From Kondoa subrosea (Eukaryota), in the NCBI GenBank assembly GCA_039545335.1, contig BCIN01000001.1, positions 3,785,136 through 3,849,135 of the forward strand: a stretch of 64,000 nt of DNA, in the 5' to 3' direction. A program made the translations under genes and the position numbers. The notes under the pieces were generated by a model. That model did not search any database and was not told the DNA's origin. It saw only the letters and a list, made by a program, of their open reading frames with translations. How positions within the stretch are numbered: the stretch's first letter is position 1; the number at the start of each line of letters is the position of its first letter. Shown in pieces: positions 36,541 to 48,533 of the stretch.

Positions 36541-38106
36541 ATGAGCAGTCCGGTTCAGAAACACGAGTTCTCCCATACCAGTCGAGCAAACTATTCCAAA
36601 CTAGTTGCCCTCTACAAACAATTGCAACGTTTCTCGCCCTTTGCCTTCCTGATCCTACTTCTCTACACTCTATTTACCCGTTCTACAAATCTTCAGACGA
36701 ATCAGGAAGTTCCAGCCGCTTTAGCTTCGGATTCCAATGTTGGAGGTGGAATAGCAGCTTGGGCCTGGGATCATCGATTACGCTTGCAAGTGTCAAGATC
36801 TCAACAGCAAGGGTCGAGCATCAGTAGTTTGCAAGATTTGGAAGGAGAAGATGCGAAAGAATTGGCAGATTTAGCTAGGAAACAACCAGTACCTAGAAAA
36901 CCTTACAAAATGGTTATGTGCACTAGGATATGGAACGAAGCTCGATATTTGGATGAGTGGTTATGTGAGTTCTGCTTCTTTCCAATGAAACAAGCAAAAG
37001 GCTGATGGATTCTCTAGTATATCATTATCTGATCGGATTCGATCATTTCATGCTGTGCGTTGTTCCCCTCTCTCTCGCTCTGAATACAATTTGAGCAGGA
37101 AAGTAGAGACGATCATGGATCAACGGACAATACAACAGCGGTCTTGGCACCCTATGTTAAAGCTGGAATGGTTTCACTCACTCATACGGCTGCTTCAACA
37201 ACGATAGCTGAATCAGAACTAGCGGCGAGATTGCATTGCTTGGATGGGAGTGTAGTGAAGAACGAAGATATGGACGTTCGTCTCCTCTCGCCTGTCTTCG
37301 TATCGCTGTTGCTGATGCCTGAAGTATAGTGGGTTACCCAAATCGACGTGGATGAGATGCTGGTTCTTTCTCGATCGCATATCAATTCCTCCATCTTCAG
37401 ACCGGCAGCTCTCTATCCTTTATTAGACAACTATAGTTCACGCAAAGAATCTGTCGTTCAAGTTACTCGCTTCCATTTCGGTACTTCTAACCATTCTGCA
37501 CCACCTGTCTGGCCACAAGGTCAAGGCAATACCTTCATCGATCGACATATAACAGATTACTCTGGCAATTTCTGGCCAAAAGTGTTATGTAAAGCTGGAT
37601 TCTGGAAACCTGCTGCTGGTGCAGATCATGCTACCCAGCATACGGCAACAGGAATTGAAGGTTGGAAGAAAGTCACGCCGATTCATGAAGTGATTCCAGA
37701 TAGACCGACTGAGATTTCGGAATGGCAGTACATCAATTCATGGCCACCTGTGGTGGATCCAATACATATTGTTTGTCAAAACCCCTTCTATCTCAAGGAA
37801 TTGGAAAGGTGCTGATAAACGGAACAGACACATTATCAAACCAGAAGTTTAGAGGAATGTCTCTCAAAACAACGACACCCGAAAACATCAGGTAGTTGGC
37901 GAGCCGACGCAGGAGAAGATGCGACTTGCAATTCCTGGCATGCGGATCATAAAGCATATAATCCAGCTATGCACACCCCTCACACCATTCTGAGAGATTC
38001 GGTTTACCATCGAGCAACGATGAGATTAATTAGGGAAGGAGGATTGTTCAGCAATAGTACGCGCATACATGGGAGAGGAAGAACAAGAAGTAAAGTGTTC
38101 CAGTGA
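36541..38106 (+). CDS. Type II membrane glycosyltransferase, GT92/GT2-like (GT-A fold), multi-exon
   Basis: N-terminal TM FAFLILLLYTLF; MCTRIWNEARYLDEWL.YHYLIGFDHFML.DHGSTDNT..VLAPYVKAG, DXD motif IDVDEMLV, FGTSNH, C-terminal HYQTRSLEEC. Confidence 0.82.
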
Positions 38107-38182
38107 TTAGACTAGGGTGGCATAATGGGAAAAGTCGTTATTTATTGCGATGCAAATGCATGGGTTGTTGTCTAGAACTTAT

Positions 38183-39552
38183 TCATCTTCTACCTGCTGC
38201 TGCGTTCTTCCTCTTTTTGCTCTTCGATATAGGAGCTGATGTTGTTGGAGTTGAAGCACGAGACGTCTCTTCGGATGTAGACTCTACAACTTCTGCGCGT
38301 TTTGATACTCCCTGACCTGTGATTTTGGTGTATATCGATTTGAGCAAAGTAGGAACCCAAGTTCTGCTCCAAGCAGGTTGAGCTATAGCCGAATCATCCA
38401 ATGGCAATTCTGTCAATACCCCAATGTCACATAAGCCTCGATGTGGCAACGAAAACATTTGGAACTGACCATTCCCATCTTCATCAATCAAAAACACTTT
38501 GTCATCCTCCACCCAGAGATCCACAATCGGTCCTCTTGCTTCCCTCTCTTCACTTCCATGCAATTTACTCAAAGGCATTCGAATCTTTTTCTTCCCACTA
38601 GCAGCTTGACCGTTCCAAGCTTGTTTCAAAGCAGATTCTTGAAAAGTTTTGACTCGCTGTCTTTCTGTGCGAGCATTGAGAGATTGGATGAGGTAGTGCA
38701 GGAGAGTGGAGATGAGTGTTAAAAAGGAAAGAACAAAGCCTAGACCAGGTCGATAGCGGGAGTACATATCTAGTATGCGAGGAGATTAGTGAGATCAAAG
38801 CAGATACATAAAAGTTTTGAAAGTACAGCCAGTTCCTGTAGAAGAAACGGTCCTATTAGTCAGTAGTTGACTATCGTAAGCGACCTATCTCCTACCTTTC
38901 CATTTAGGCACCCCAGTTTTGTAGAAGTGCTATATGAAAATAGATTCGAGAGGCTTTAGCTCGGTCTAGAGTGCAGCAAAATACGCCTACATCATATCTA
39001 AAGTCAAGTCTTTACCTACATTTGCAGAAATTGACACAAGATGCACTCACCGTTTCCTCTTTTCGGCATCACGTAGAATTCCAGCTATTACGCCTAATCT
39101 GGCAAAACGTTCTTCTTTATTCTTGACATTTGGGTTCTTGTCAGGACTATGGCCATACCGCTCGCTTTCAATGAAATGGCACAAGGTGAATGAACATGCA
39201 CTTACTGTAGTTCTAACGATCTTTTCCTGTACGCTCTTCCAATCTCACTGGCAGTAGCTTGATCCGTCGTATTGAGGAATGAGTCTATCCGGAAAAGCAC
39301 ATGACTAATCAGAATTTAAGTCTGAAAGCATGCGAGTCTAGACGGACAGAATGAAGTTTTTGGACCTTCAGCAGCTTCCAGTGCTCTACACCAAGCAGAA
39401 AGTATAAACATGAGCGAACAGGAAAGTCACAACTGCAAAGGAAGAGCGTTGACGTACGCGACCAGATCAAAGATCTCGTGATCTTCTTTGTCCCATCCAT
39501 AAACGAGAGTCAAGAGACCGCAGAAAGCCAGGAATAGTAATTGGAATCTCAT
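38183..39552 (-). CDS. ERJ5: ER membrane J-domain co-chaperone (Erj5-like), multi-exon
   Basis: Signal peptide MRFQLLFLAFCGLLTLVYG, WDKEDHEIFDL, AYRKRSLELHPDKNP (HPD), [30 protein letters not shown] followed by a TM segment. Confidence 0.9.
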
Positions 39553-39835
39553 TGCTGCAAGTTGCACAAGTGGACTGAGCTGCTGCACTCAATACAGCAA
39601 ATACGACTTTTTAAACAAATGATGCTGCACGAGCGCGTCCAAGTGAATGGCCTTTGGTTGTACAGTAGGTGTATACTCTGGATTGACCACAAGGGTACTT
39701 CAACAGGCTAGGGTATCGAGGCAGGACGTCGCGGTCCAAGATCAAGCTAGCATTCATCATTTTCGTTCGTGCAAGTCTTGGCCAACTTCGACGACTCCTT
39801 CACTTGCTATTTAGAGATCTCGCACACAGAGCAGC

Positions 39836-41819
39836 ATGGGTCTCAAGTTCTTAGAGCGACAGGTAAGAGTCCCCCTGCTCATCCCATTGCTCTACCTATT
39901 CGCCTTTTGTTGACATAATGCATGAACACAGCCTGAAACTTATCAACGCAAGAAAGGTATGCTTTCTGCCAAACTCATGGGAACAAGCTTACTGTTGTGC
40001 ACAGATTATGAATTCCTGGAAGTCTTGGGTCCGTTTAGAACAGCTGTGATCATGCGTGTACGTATGTTTATTCTCCAGGTATTGATGGACAGGCGATGGC
40101 ACGTTTGGAGTAGTCAAGAAAGCTATTTGGAAAGGTAATGCTACACATCCTGGTCCGCTGGAAGTAGCTGTCAAAGTGGTTCGTCGAGCGTTTCACTTCA
40201 TTGCAATGTGCAATTGTGAAATCGTTCCCCGAACAGATACCGAAGAAGAAAGTCAAGGGACATGAAAGTATGGTCTATGATGAAATGTCTGTACTCAAAG
40301 GTCCGTCCAACAACTCTGAAATCAGATTCATCTGATGGATTGTTGCGGTGGATGGACAGATCTAAATCATCCTAATATTGTCAAGATTTACGATTGGTTC
40401 GAAAGCAAAACTAAATTCTCACTAGTCTTTGAGTTGGCTTCGGGAGGGGAACTCTTCAATCGGATATGCGAACAAGGGAAATTGACTGAGAAGGATGCAG
40501 TGCAGACAATGAGAGCTACTTTGGTGCGTCGACACTCGCTCTGTTGGCTCGTGTGAGCTTATGACAGTATTCTCCGTGTACAGGAAGGAGTCAAGTACCT
40601 TGTACGTCGCACCGCAGGCTAAGCAATTTCTCTTGCTTAGATCAGAGGCAATGTACAGCACGAACATGGGATAGTACATCGAGATCTCAAACCAGAGAAC
40701 CTCTTGTTCCGATCAGACAAATCAGACGATGTGAGCTGCTTGCCATTTCAATATCTTCGTGCACGCTCAAAATGTATGTCATGACAGCTTGTGTCAGTGA
40801 CAAGAGACTCATGTATCAGCTTATGGCTGATATACGCGACTTCTTCTTTGACTGACAGCATTGCTGATTTTGGGATAGCGAGATTACTGAAAAGGGAAGA
40901 TGAAGTTCTCACAGCTATGGCTGGAAGTCCTGGCTAGTTCGTAGATCATGTCTGTCAGCGATGTCAACGCTCAAAAGTCATGTTTTTCGAACAGTGCCAG
41001 TCCAGAGGTACTCAATTCGGTGAGTGATACTTCATCTATCAAGTGCTTGCAAACTCATTGGTTTCAGAAAGGACACGGGAAACCGTGCGATATGTGGAGT
41101 GTGGGTGTCATTTGCTATACTCTGCTATGTGGTAAATCTCCTGTTTTAAGAGCGTTTCCTAACAAACTGAAGTGTTCCTTCGTTAGGCTTTACGGTATAT
41201 TCTCTCTCGATACTATTGTGCACTTTCTGATGGGAAATATTACAGCCCTTCAGATCGGAAGACCGACAAGAACTGATAGCGGAAACCACTCGAGCGCGCT
41301 TGGAATTCACACCTCGCTACTGGAAGAACGTTTCCGAACTAGCGAAAGATTTCATTCAAGCTTTAGTCAAACCAGAGCCGACTGATCGACTAACAGCGAA
41401 TGAAGCTTTGAAGCATCCTGTGAGCTTTTTTCCTTCCTTACTTGTCTTACACAGAATTGGCTAACAAGTTGTAAAACAGTGGCTGGAAGGTCATGAAGCT
41501 GATGAGACTGTTGATCTTTCGCAAGGCTTGAGGGATAATTGGAACGCTACCAAGAAGTGGAAAGACGTGATAGCGAAAGTTCAAGGTTCGAATTCCCTTC
41601 TTCTGTGCTTTATGAAAGCTAAAGGCTTGAAATGTCGGAACAGCCGCTCAACGATTAGCTATAGCGGGTAGACACAGGCAAGATCGAATGATGGGAAGCA
41701 CACCGTCAACAACAGATGACGAAGAGTCGGAAGATGACGGACAGGACGTTTATGCGGAAGCGCGTGACGACTCCATAGATGGACTGGCTGATAGGACGGC
41801 TACTCTGAAGACTGCTTAA
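39836..41819 (+). CDS. Calcium/calmodulin-dependent protein kinase (Cmk1/2-like), many exons
   Basis: [91 protein letters not shown]. Confidence 0.95.
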
Positions 41820-42039
41820 GGAGTCTCATTCGTTTAGATCGCTGTCCCTTGTACTTTATTTTGTAGACTTCACTCGATCGGAAAATCACATCAGCAAGCT
41901 TTGCTCAGCATTAAAGAACAACGACTTTTCCGCTTGCCACGAAGACTACTGTTATTATCGCGGTCTCACTGCTTGAATTCTATGTACGGTATATCTATTC
42001 TACATACAAGATGGCTGCTCAATGAACGACTTTTTGCTA

Positions 42040-43392
42040 TTATCTTTGATTCCCCTGATTGTTGCTGTTGTTGTTATTGTTGTTGTTGTACCTCTGCTGA
42101 TATTGTTGCTGGACTTGTTGGAAAGAAGGGCCCGGCCAAACATTGTTGGAGGAAGAAGCCGATATAACTGGGAATTGATTTGTAGCGCCCATTGAAGAAC
42201 CCGTTGGAGGGTATTCTGTTGCTTGAAAGTCCCTTATCCAGTCATGCATTGGGTTCTGATTGTCTGCTGCTGCTGACCAAGGTCGAGTTGGGTGTGCCAG
42301 CGATAGGAGTGGATTTATTGCTGGATCATAATTGGCGCTTGCATTTGGCCGTAATGCTGGAGAAGGCGGAAGAACAGCAGAATTCGGTAAAGGTGGTGTG
42401 TAAGACCCCATTGTATTACCAGAAGACATGCCAGTTGGATTGGGAACAAGATCATACTTGCTTCCTCGCTTTCGTTTCGAAGCCGAAGATGTTGACGAAA
42501 TTGGATCAGGCGAAGGCAAAGGAGAAACTTCCTCTTGTTGCTCCGCTCCTGTCAGTACTGTTTCTGGTGCAAGAAGCTGCTCTTCGGCAATGTGAGCTTG
42601 ATATAGAGGTTCAAGTATGCTTCCCCTCAATCTTGTATCCAGCTGCAATTCACGATCCTCGCCAGCATCGTTTCGCAATTGGTTATTCTCAGCACAGAGC
42701 CTAATACTTTGATGTCAAGCACCTTGATGCAACATATTCAAACAAGCAAACCTTTCCAAGATGTCGAAACTCTCCTTGTAAAGACTGCTCATTTCCGCTA
42801 CTTGCTCTTCCAAATTTCGAAGATGCTGGTCTTTGCGTACTCTGAACGTTCTCTATAGATTGCGCGCAGGTTTCTATCAGTTTTTGGCGTTCTTGATTCA
42901 GGTCAACTCACTTGAGCTGCTCTGTTCTGCTCTTTCCTTCTCACCGCAGGATCACCAGTACCCGAAGGTTTTCTTCCACGCTTTCGAGGTCTCGGATCTT
43001 GCTCTGGGGAAGGATTGAAACTCTCAAAATTTGGATGATGCAATACACTTCTCGAGAGTGTTGGAAAATTCCCAGCTTCCTCTTCTTCCTCTCCTTCAGC
43101 ATCTTCTGACTGAAGCTCATCTACATGGAAGGCTGGATTCGGAGAGCTTGCCAAGGCAGATGTACTTGCTTGAGTTTGAGCCGACACATCTGCCCAGATT
43201 AAAGATAAGCTCGAAATTCTTGCGAGATTCCGTTTGAAGAGAGCGCCGTACTAAAAGGGGTGGCGTATTGAGTAACCGCTAAAATCTGGTCGAGAGAATT
43301 ATTGAAAGAGTAATTTTGGTTATGCATTCGGTTTCCACTTCTGCAGGGCTTCCAAATCAGAGTAAGAAGAAGAGCTACATGTACCTAGCCAT
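42040..43392 (-). CDS. bZIP transcription factor (AP-1/Yap-like basic region), multi-exon
   Basis: RKRGRKP..RRKEQNRAAQ|RTFRVRKDQHLRNLEEQVAEM..L.LENNQLR; spliced 5' exons MARSGNRMHNQNYSF; Q/N-rich C-terminus. Confidence 0.88.
42056..42090 (-). repeat. (AAC/CAA)n microsatellite encoding the poly-Asn tail of the bZIP protein
   Basis: Plus strand gttgctgttgttgttattgttgttgttg; translates YNNNNNNNSNNQ. Confidence 0.85.
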
Positions 43393-43852
43393 GTTTGCTA
43401 TCGCTCTATTGGGACCAAGGTCGCTGTGCAAGTGAAGCAAAATCGTGCTTACGAGATAACAGTTTTTAGCCGCCTGTTTCCTCAGCTTGGCGCTCATATT
43501 AGGAGAGTCGGGAGAGTGCTGATCGCAAGGACGACCCCTAGCCTTGTATCGTGATGGTAGAAGACCATCTTCCAGAGCAACTCGAAACATCGCATTCTAT
43601 AAGCTGCACATTTCGTTCACCTCCAGCGATGCCCCTCGAGCAGTAAGCTGCTCAACGCTTTAGATGATCGCACATTCTCTCTGCTGCTGAACTCTTTGCA
43701 GCCCTCTAAAGCTATTTACCAAACCTCGCCTATTGACAGTTGGCTGATCTATTGAAGCGATCTCTGTCTATCTGTAGCCCTTCTTTCTTCCTCACAGTGT
43801 CCTATAACAAGCTTCTTGTGTCAGGAACTAATCATCAAGTACTGCTGGAAAG

Positions 43853-46097
43853 ATGTCTGCCTTTGAATTGCTGTCGAAACCGCTCGCGCATACTCAACCC
43901 ATGAAGCGACATGCAGAAGTACCAGAATGCAACGCTTTCGACTTCTTCTTCTCTTCTCCCTTGACCAAAGACAAACCTCTCACGAAAAGCCTTAAATTGG
44001 GTCATCATGTTCTCCCACGAGATATCCCACCACAGAAACCTCTGTTCTACTCACCCGATACTGGCAATGGAATCTCTTATGAAGCATTACGCAATACTGC
44101 GCTAAGGGTAGCTCAAGCTTTGTCTGAGTTGGATTTGGGTAAAGCGCCAGCTTCAGTTCCCGGTTTAGCTGGAGATATTGGTTCCGGTCAACATACTATT
44201 CTACTACACATGTCCAATTCAATCGCTTTCCCTATCCTTACTTTCGCTGGTTTGGCTGGCAAATTCGTACGTCCTCAATTACTTCTTCGGTCACCATTCA
44301 TCAAACTGATTTGACGGTGTTCAACAGATCCTCACTATGGCTAGTCCAGCATTAACAACTACTGAACTAGCACACGTTATTCGGGAATCCAAACCAGTCA
44401 TCGCATTCAGTACCGATAGCGGTATTCAGAAAACAAGAGATGCCTTCAAAGAAGCGAACGTACCTGTTCCTGCTGCTTTATGGGCTGTAAGAGGTGTTGA
44501 TGGTCTGAGCGAAGGAGATGGGAAAGATGGGGAAAGGACTTGGACTGAATTGGCCCGAACATCAAAGAAATTCAAAGTCGCACCAATGTCAAGAGAAGAA
44601 CAAATGAAAACCGTTTCCTTCATCCTTTGGTCCTCTGGAACAACTGGTAGGTCTTCTTCTCTGTCAAGAATAAGGTTGATACTTGGCTTTTAGGCAAATC
44701 GAAAGGTGTCTTGCTTTCGCATGGAGCTATTGTCAACCAAGCTATCAGTCTATGGATCGGTAATCCTGTGTTCAAGGATGAGGAGGTAAATAGAAATCTA
44801 ATTCTGTGCTAGTGATATGCTAAGTAGCACTGACAGCGCTTCGTTGGTCTACCACCTTTCTACCACACTTACGGTTTGAGCAATATTCTTCTTGCCGCTC
44901 CAGCCATCGGAGCTACAGTGTTCCTCTTCCCCAAAGTACGTGAATTCCCCATTTGAGCACAGGCATAAGCTAATGATGGGTTATTACAGTTCGACCTAGA
45001 ATCTTACCTTCGCTTGATCAAACATTACCGAATCACACACATGCACATCGTTCCACCTATAGCTGTTCAACTAGGCAAAACTCCTTTACTCGATCAACCT
45101 TGGAATGATACTTCTTCAGTAACGGGAGCTACTTCAGGCGGCGCACCTTTAGGTGGAGCTGTGATTCGAGAAGTTAACAGAAGAATGAAAGTACCTATTC
45201 GAATGGGCTACGGCACTTCGGAAGCGGGCAGTATTACTTCTATGCATGGTACGACTTGGAAAGAATTGGAACCTCAGTTGGGTAGTACAGGTCGAGCTTT
45301 ATGGTCCGTTGAGTTGAGGATAGTTGGTGGTGATGGCAAAGGTATGTTTCTACAGTCTTCAGCAAATAAAATGCTTATCTGCGAGGGAACAGATGTATTG
45401 CAAGGCCAAACTGGCGAAATTCTTACTCGTTCACCTAATCAGATGTTGGGCTATATCAATGCACCTTCAGTCACTGCTGAGACTATGGACGAACATGGAT
45501 GGGTTCATTCAGGAGATGTTGGTCTACTGGACGTGCATGGAAACCTTTCGATTGTCGATCGCATAAAGTATGTTTCTGCTCGTTGTATTAAGGATTGTAC
45601 TGATCGGGTCACTTTGAAGGGAGGTAATCAAATACAAAGGGTCAGCTTGCTTTCCTTGTTTACGTGATGACCAAACTAATCACCCGCCGATCCAGATTCC
45701 AAGTATCGCCTTCAGAATTGGATGCAGTGATCAATGGAATGCCTCAAGTTCTTGATGTCGGCGTCACTTCAGTCTACTCGGATGATGAAGGTTCTGAGCT
45801 TCCTGTCGCCTACGTCGTTCCTCGCACGCCTTTGTCAGATCTGACAGCAACAAGAAAATTCGCTTTCGACGTCCGCTCAGAAGTAGAGAAGCGTTGTGCC
45901 AAGTACAAGTGGCTGAGAGGAGGTGTAGTAGTGGTTGATGCTATTCCAAAGTCAGTTGTCTCTTTGCAAGGCATGTCTATAACCATCACTGAAGTCTCTT
46001 GTCCTGCAGGAACCCAAGTGGGAAGATCCTTCGACGAATGCTCAAGGATCTGAACGGCACTCATGTACCGCTATATACCAGAGAATCCAAGCTGTAA
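43853..46097 (+). CDS. Peroxisomal AMP-dependent acyl-CoA ligase (4-coumarate:CoA ligase-like), multi-exon
   Basis: AMP-binding WSSGTTGKSKGV, LPPFYHTYG, GGAPLG, GYGTSE, GEILTRSPNQMLGY, HSGDVG, IVDRIKEVIKYKGFQV, PKNPSGKILRR; ends in SKL* (PTS1). Confidence 0.94.
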
Positions 46098-46318
46098 GTA
46101 GAGATGTGGGTCAGGTCGAAGTTTAGTCTTTGGAGGGGTTTTTCAGCTTAATTTGTGATACATTGCAATACCATATTGTACACATACTTTACAAAATCCC
46201 TGCTTCATTCAGAAACGATTTCGCAGAATTTTGTTGAAGATGACGATTGCCAATAATTCTCTTGTTTGTTCGCACTGAAACGCTTTTTCTTACACAACCG
46301 CTTTCGACGATTGAAGGG

Positions 46319-48367
46319 ATGGCTTATGTCAAGAGAGCTAAGGAGATCAACAGTCTAGAGCCGCCTGACGAAGCTAGCGATGATGTGCGCCTGATTCCTG
46401 AAATATCGCTGGAATAGGAACAATTGCTAAAGTATTTGAGGAACAACAGACTATTCAACCAGTAGAAGCTCCCTTTCCAGGTTCGAGAAAATCAGGAAGG
46501 CATTCACCAGGCCCTTCAAGTCAAGCTAATCATACCGAGCGAACACCCTTGATTCAACCTTATACTCGCACAAGAAGGCGCTCTCACTCATCTGTATCTT
46601 CTGCATCGACTGATCATCATGAACCAACTCCTGGAATCTGGGTCGTCCGATTGTCGTTTGCAGTCGGAACGCTCTTTGCATATGCTTCATTAGGCTTCTT
46701 TACTCTCATCGCCTTGAGCGTTGTACATTCCTCTGTAGCAGCTGTGTTACCTGCACATCGATCTTCAACATTCGTGCCTCTATGGTTTAGCGGATTATCG
46801 TTTTGTACCGCTCTATTGCACTTGTAAGCAGTGCTTTGCCTCTGAGCGAAGCAGAGCTGATGATTATTGCAGACTCTACTTCGCCGCACCACATCGATCT
46901 CCTATAAATACTGCCAGAGGTCTTAACGCAGCTTCAGCGATCGTCATACTGATCAGTCTTTTCGTGGTCGTCTTCACTAGGGATCTTCGTTACAAGGAAG
47001 CCATTTTAACCATCATTACAATCTGCATCGCTTTTGTCACACATGTAGCAGCAGCAGCAAGGCCCTATGTTGAGCCCCCGCGACCGCCTCTTCCAATGAT
47101 CTTGCATGCAGACGATACACCTCAAACGCCAGATCAACCAACATCTCGAGCTGGCCGAACTCTACACTTCTTCAAACGCCTCCTCTCACTTACCGTAATC
47201 ACTTTCCCGCTCTTCCTTCTACATTTAGCTATTCTTCTCGCTTTCATCGCAATCACCGCCAATCTATGTTTGAGATCCTACGATTCAGCACTTAAAGCAC
47301 CAGGAAATCTATGGTGGGTTAATCCAGCGGTAGCCAGGCATGAAGGCTTGGTGGATCGAGCTGGAATTTCAGGAAGAGGCGCTTACAGGGTACATCTGTA
47401 TTGTCAAGGTGGAAGCGATTTCGATGGTAGAACTGTACTTTATGAAGGACCAGCTAGTATTCCTGGATCAATCGGAGCGAAGTGGCTTGATGAGGTTGCG
47501 GAAAAGGATCATCATGAGAATGGAACCTTGAGAGTATGCAGATATGACAGACCTTGGTGAGTTTGAAATCTTGTTATGTACTCTTGAAGTGTTTAACTGG
47601 TTTTTTGACTCTCAGCTACGGATTCAGTGATTGCGCGCCAACAGCTGCTTTCGGTCATGTTGCGGCTGGATTGGAGGAAGCTTTAGAGAAAGCTGGCGAG
47701 TTTGCAAGAGTCTCCAAGCCAGGAGGTGGATTCATTTTGGTAGCTGAAGGCTACGGAGGGTGAGTCTCTTCTCTTTCTCACACTGCTCATGCTAATACTT
47801 GATAATGTCAGACTACTTGGCCGAGTCTTTGCAGCTCGCAATTCTGAGCACATCTCCTCCATGCTCTTCCTCGATCCCCAAACAGTAGACTCGTACTTCT
47901 CTTACATCCCATACAACTTCAAGCGAGACATGCGCTTCTTCTTCCGAGATGTTTTAGGCAGCTTCATCACACCCTTAGGCATTCGAAGATGGTTCAACAT
48001 CATCTTCTCTCGTGGAGGACGATCAAGTGCTTCTCGCGTTTTGGGATCTGCGAGTTCTGGTCTCTCACCTACATTCTCTCGATCAGCCTTGCAGCAGGCT
48101 TACGAAAGTCATTCATACACATCGGCTTCTTTCCATGCACTTCACCATTCCGAAAACTCATTCCCTGCGACCAAACCTTCCATCCTTATTTCTTCTTCTC
48201 AGCGGCTCAAGGAAAAGAAATGGGCTGACGGACAAGAAGATTTAGCCAGGAATGTGCTCAAGGGATTAGTTAGATGGGAACAGGTCAAGAGTGGACATGA
48301 TGTTTGCGGATCGAACGAAGGGAGATCAGTATGTGAGAATGCACTTAAGAGGTTATTGAAGGCATAA
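46319..48367 (+). CDS. Polytopic membrane protein with C-terminal alpha/beta-hydrolase-like domain (resembles fungal YNL115C-like proteins), multi-exon
   Basis: Several N-terminal TM segments, then YRVHLYCQG..TVLYEG..RVCRYDRP.YGFSDCAP..GFILVAEGYGGLLGRVFAAR..MLFLDPQ..KSGHDVC. Confidence 0.75.
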
Positions 48368-48533
48368 AGTACTTGTACTCTATAATTTATACGCACTCGC
48401 TTTAATACATTCACGTGGTACGATGCAGTGCTGGCAAGCTAAAGCTCTGGCCTGCAGATTCTGGAACAAGTTCACACCATAGCAGCGAATTTATATGACC
48501 AGAATCTCAATGCAGTTCGAGCTCGGAGCACTT

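Noticed and set aside
1..46097. Peroxisome-themed gene cluster (ANT1, catalase, SKL acyl-CoA ligase)
   Set aside because: The genes are 11-30 kb apart, separated by unrelated housekeeping genes, and the catalase lacks a PTS1.
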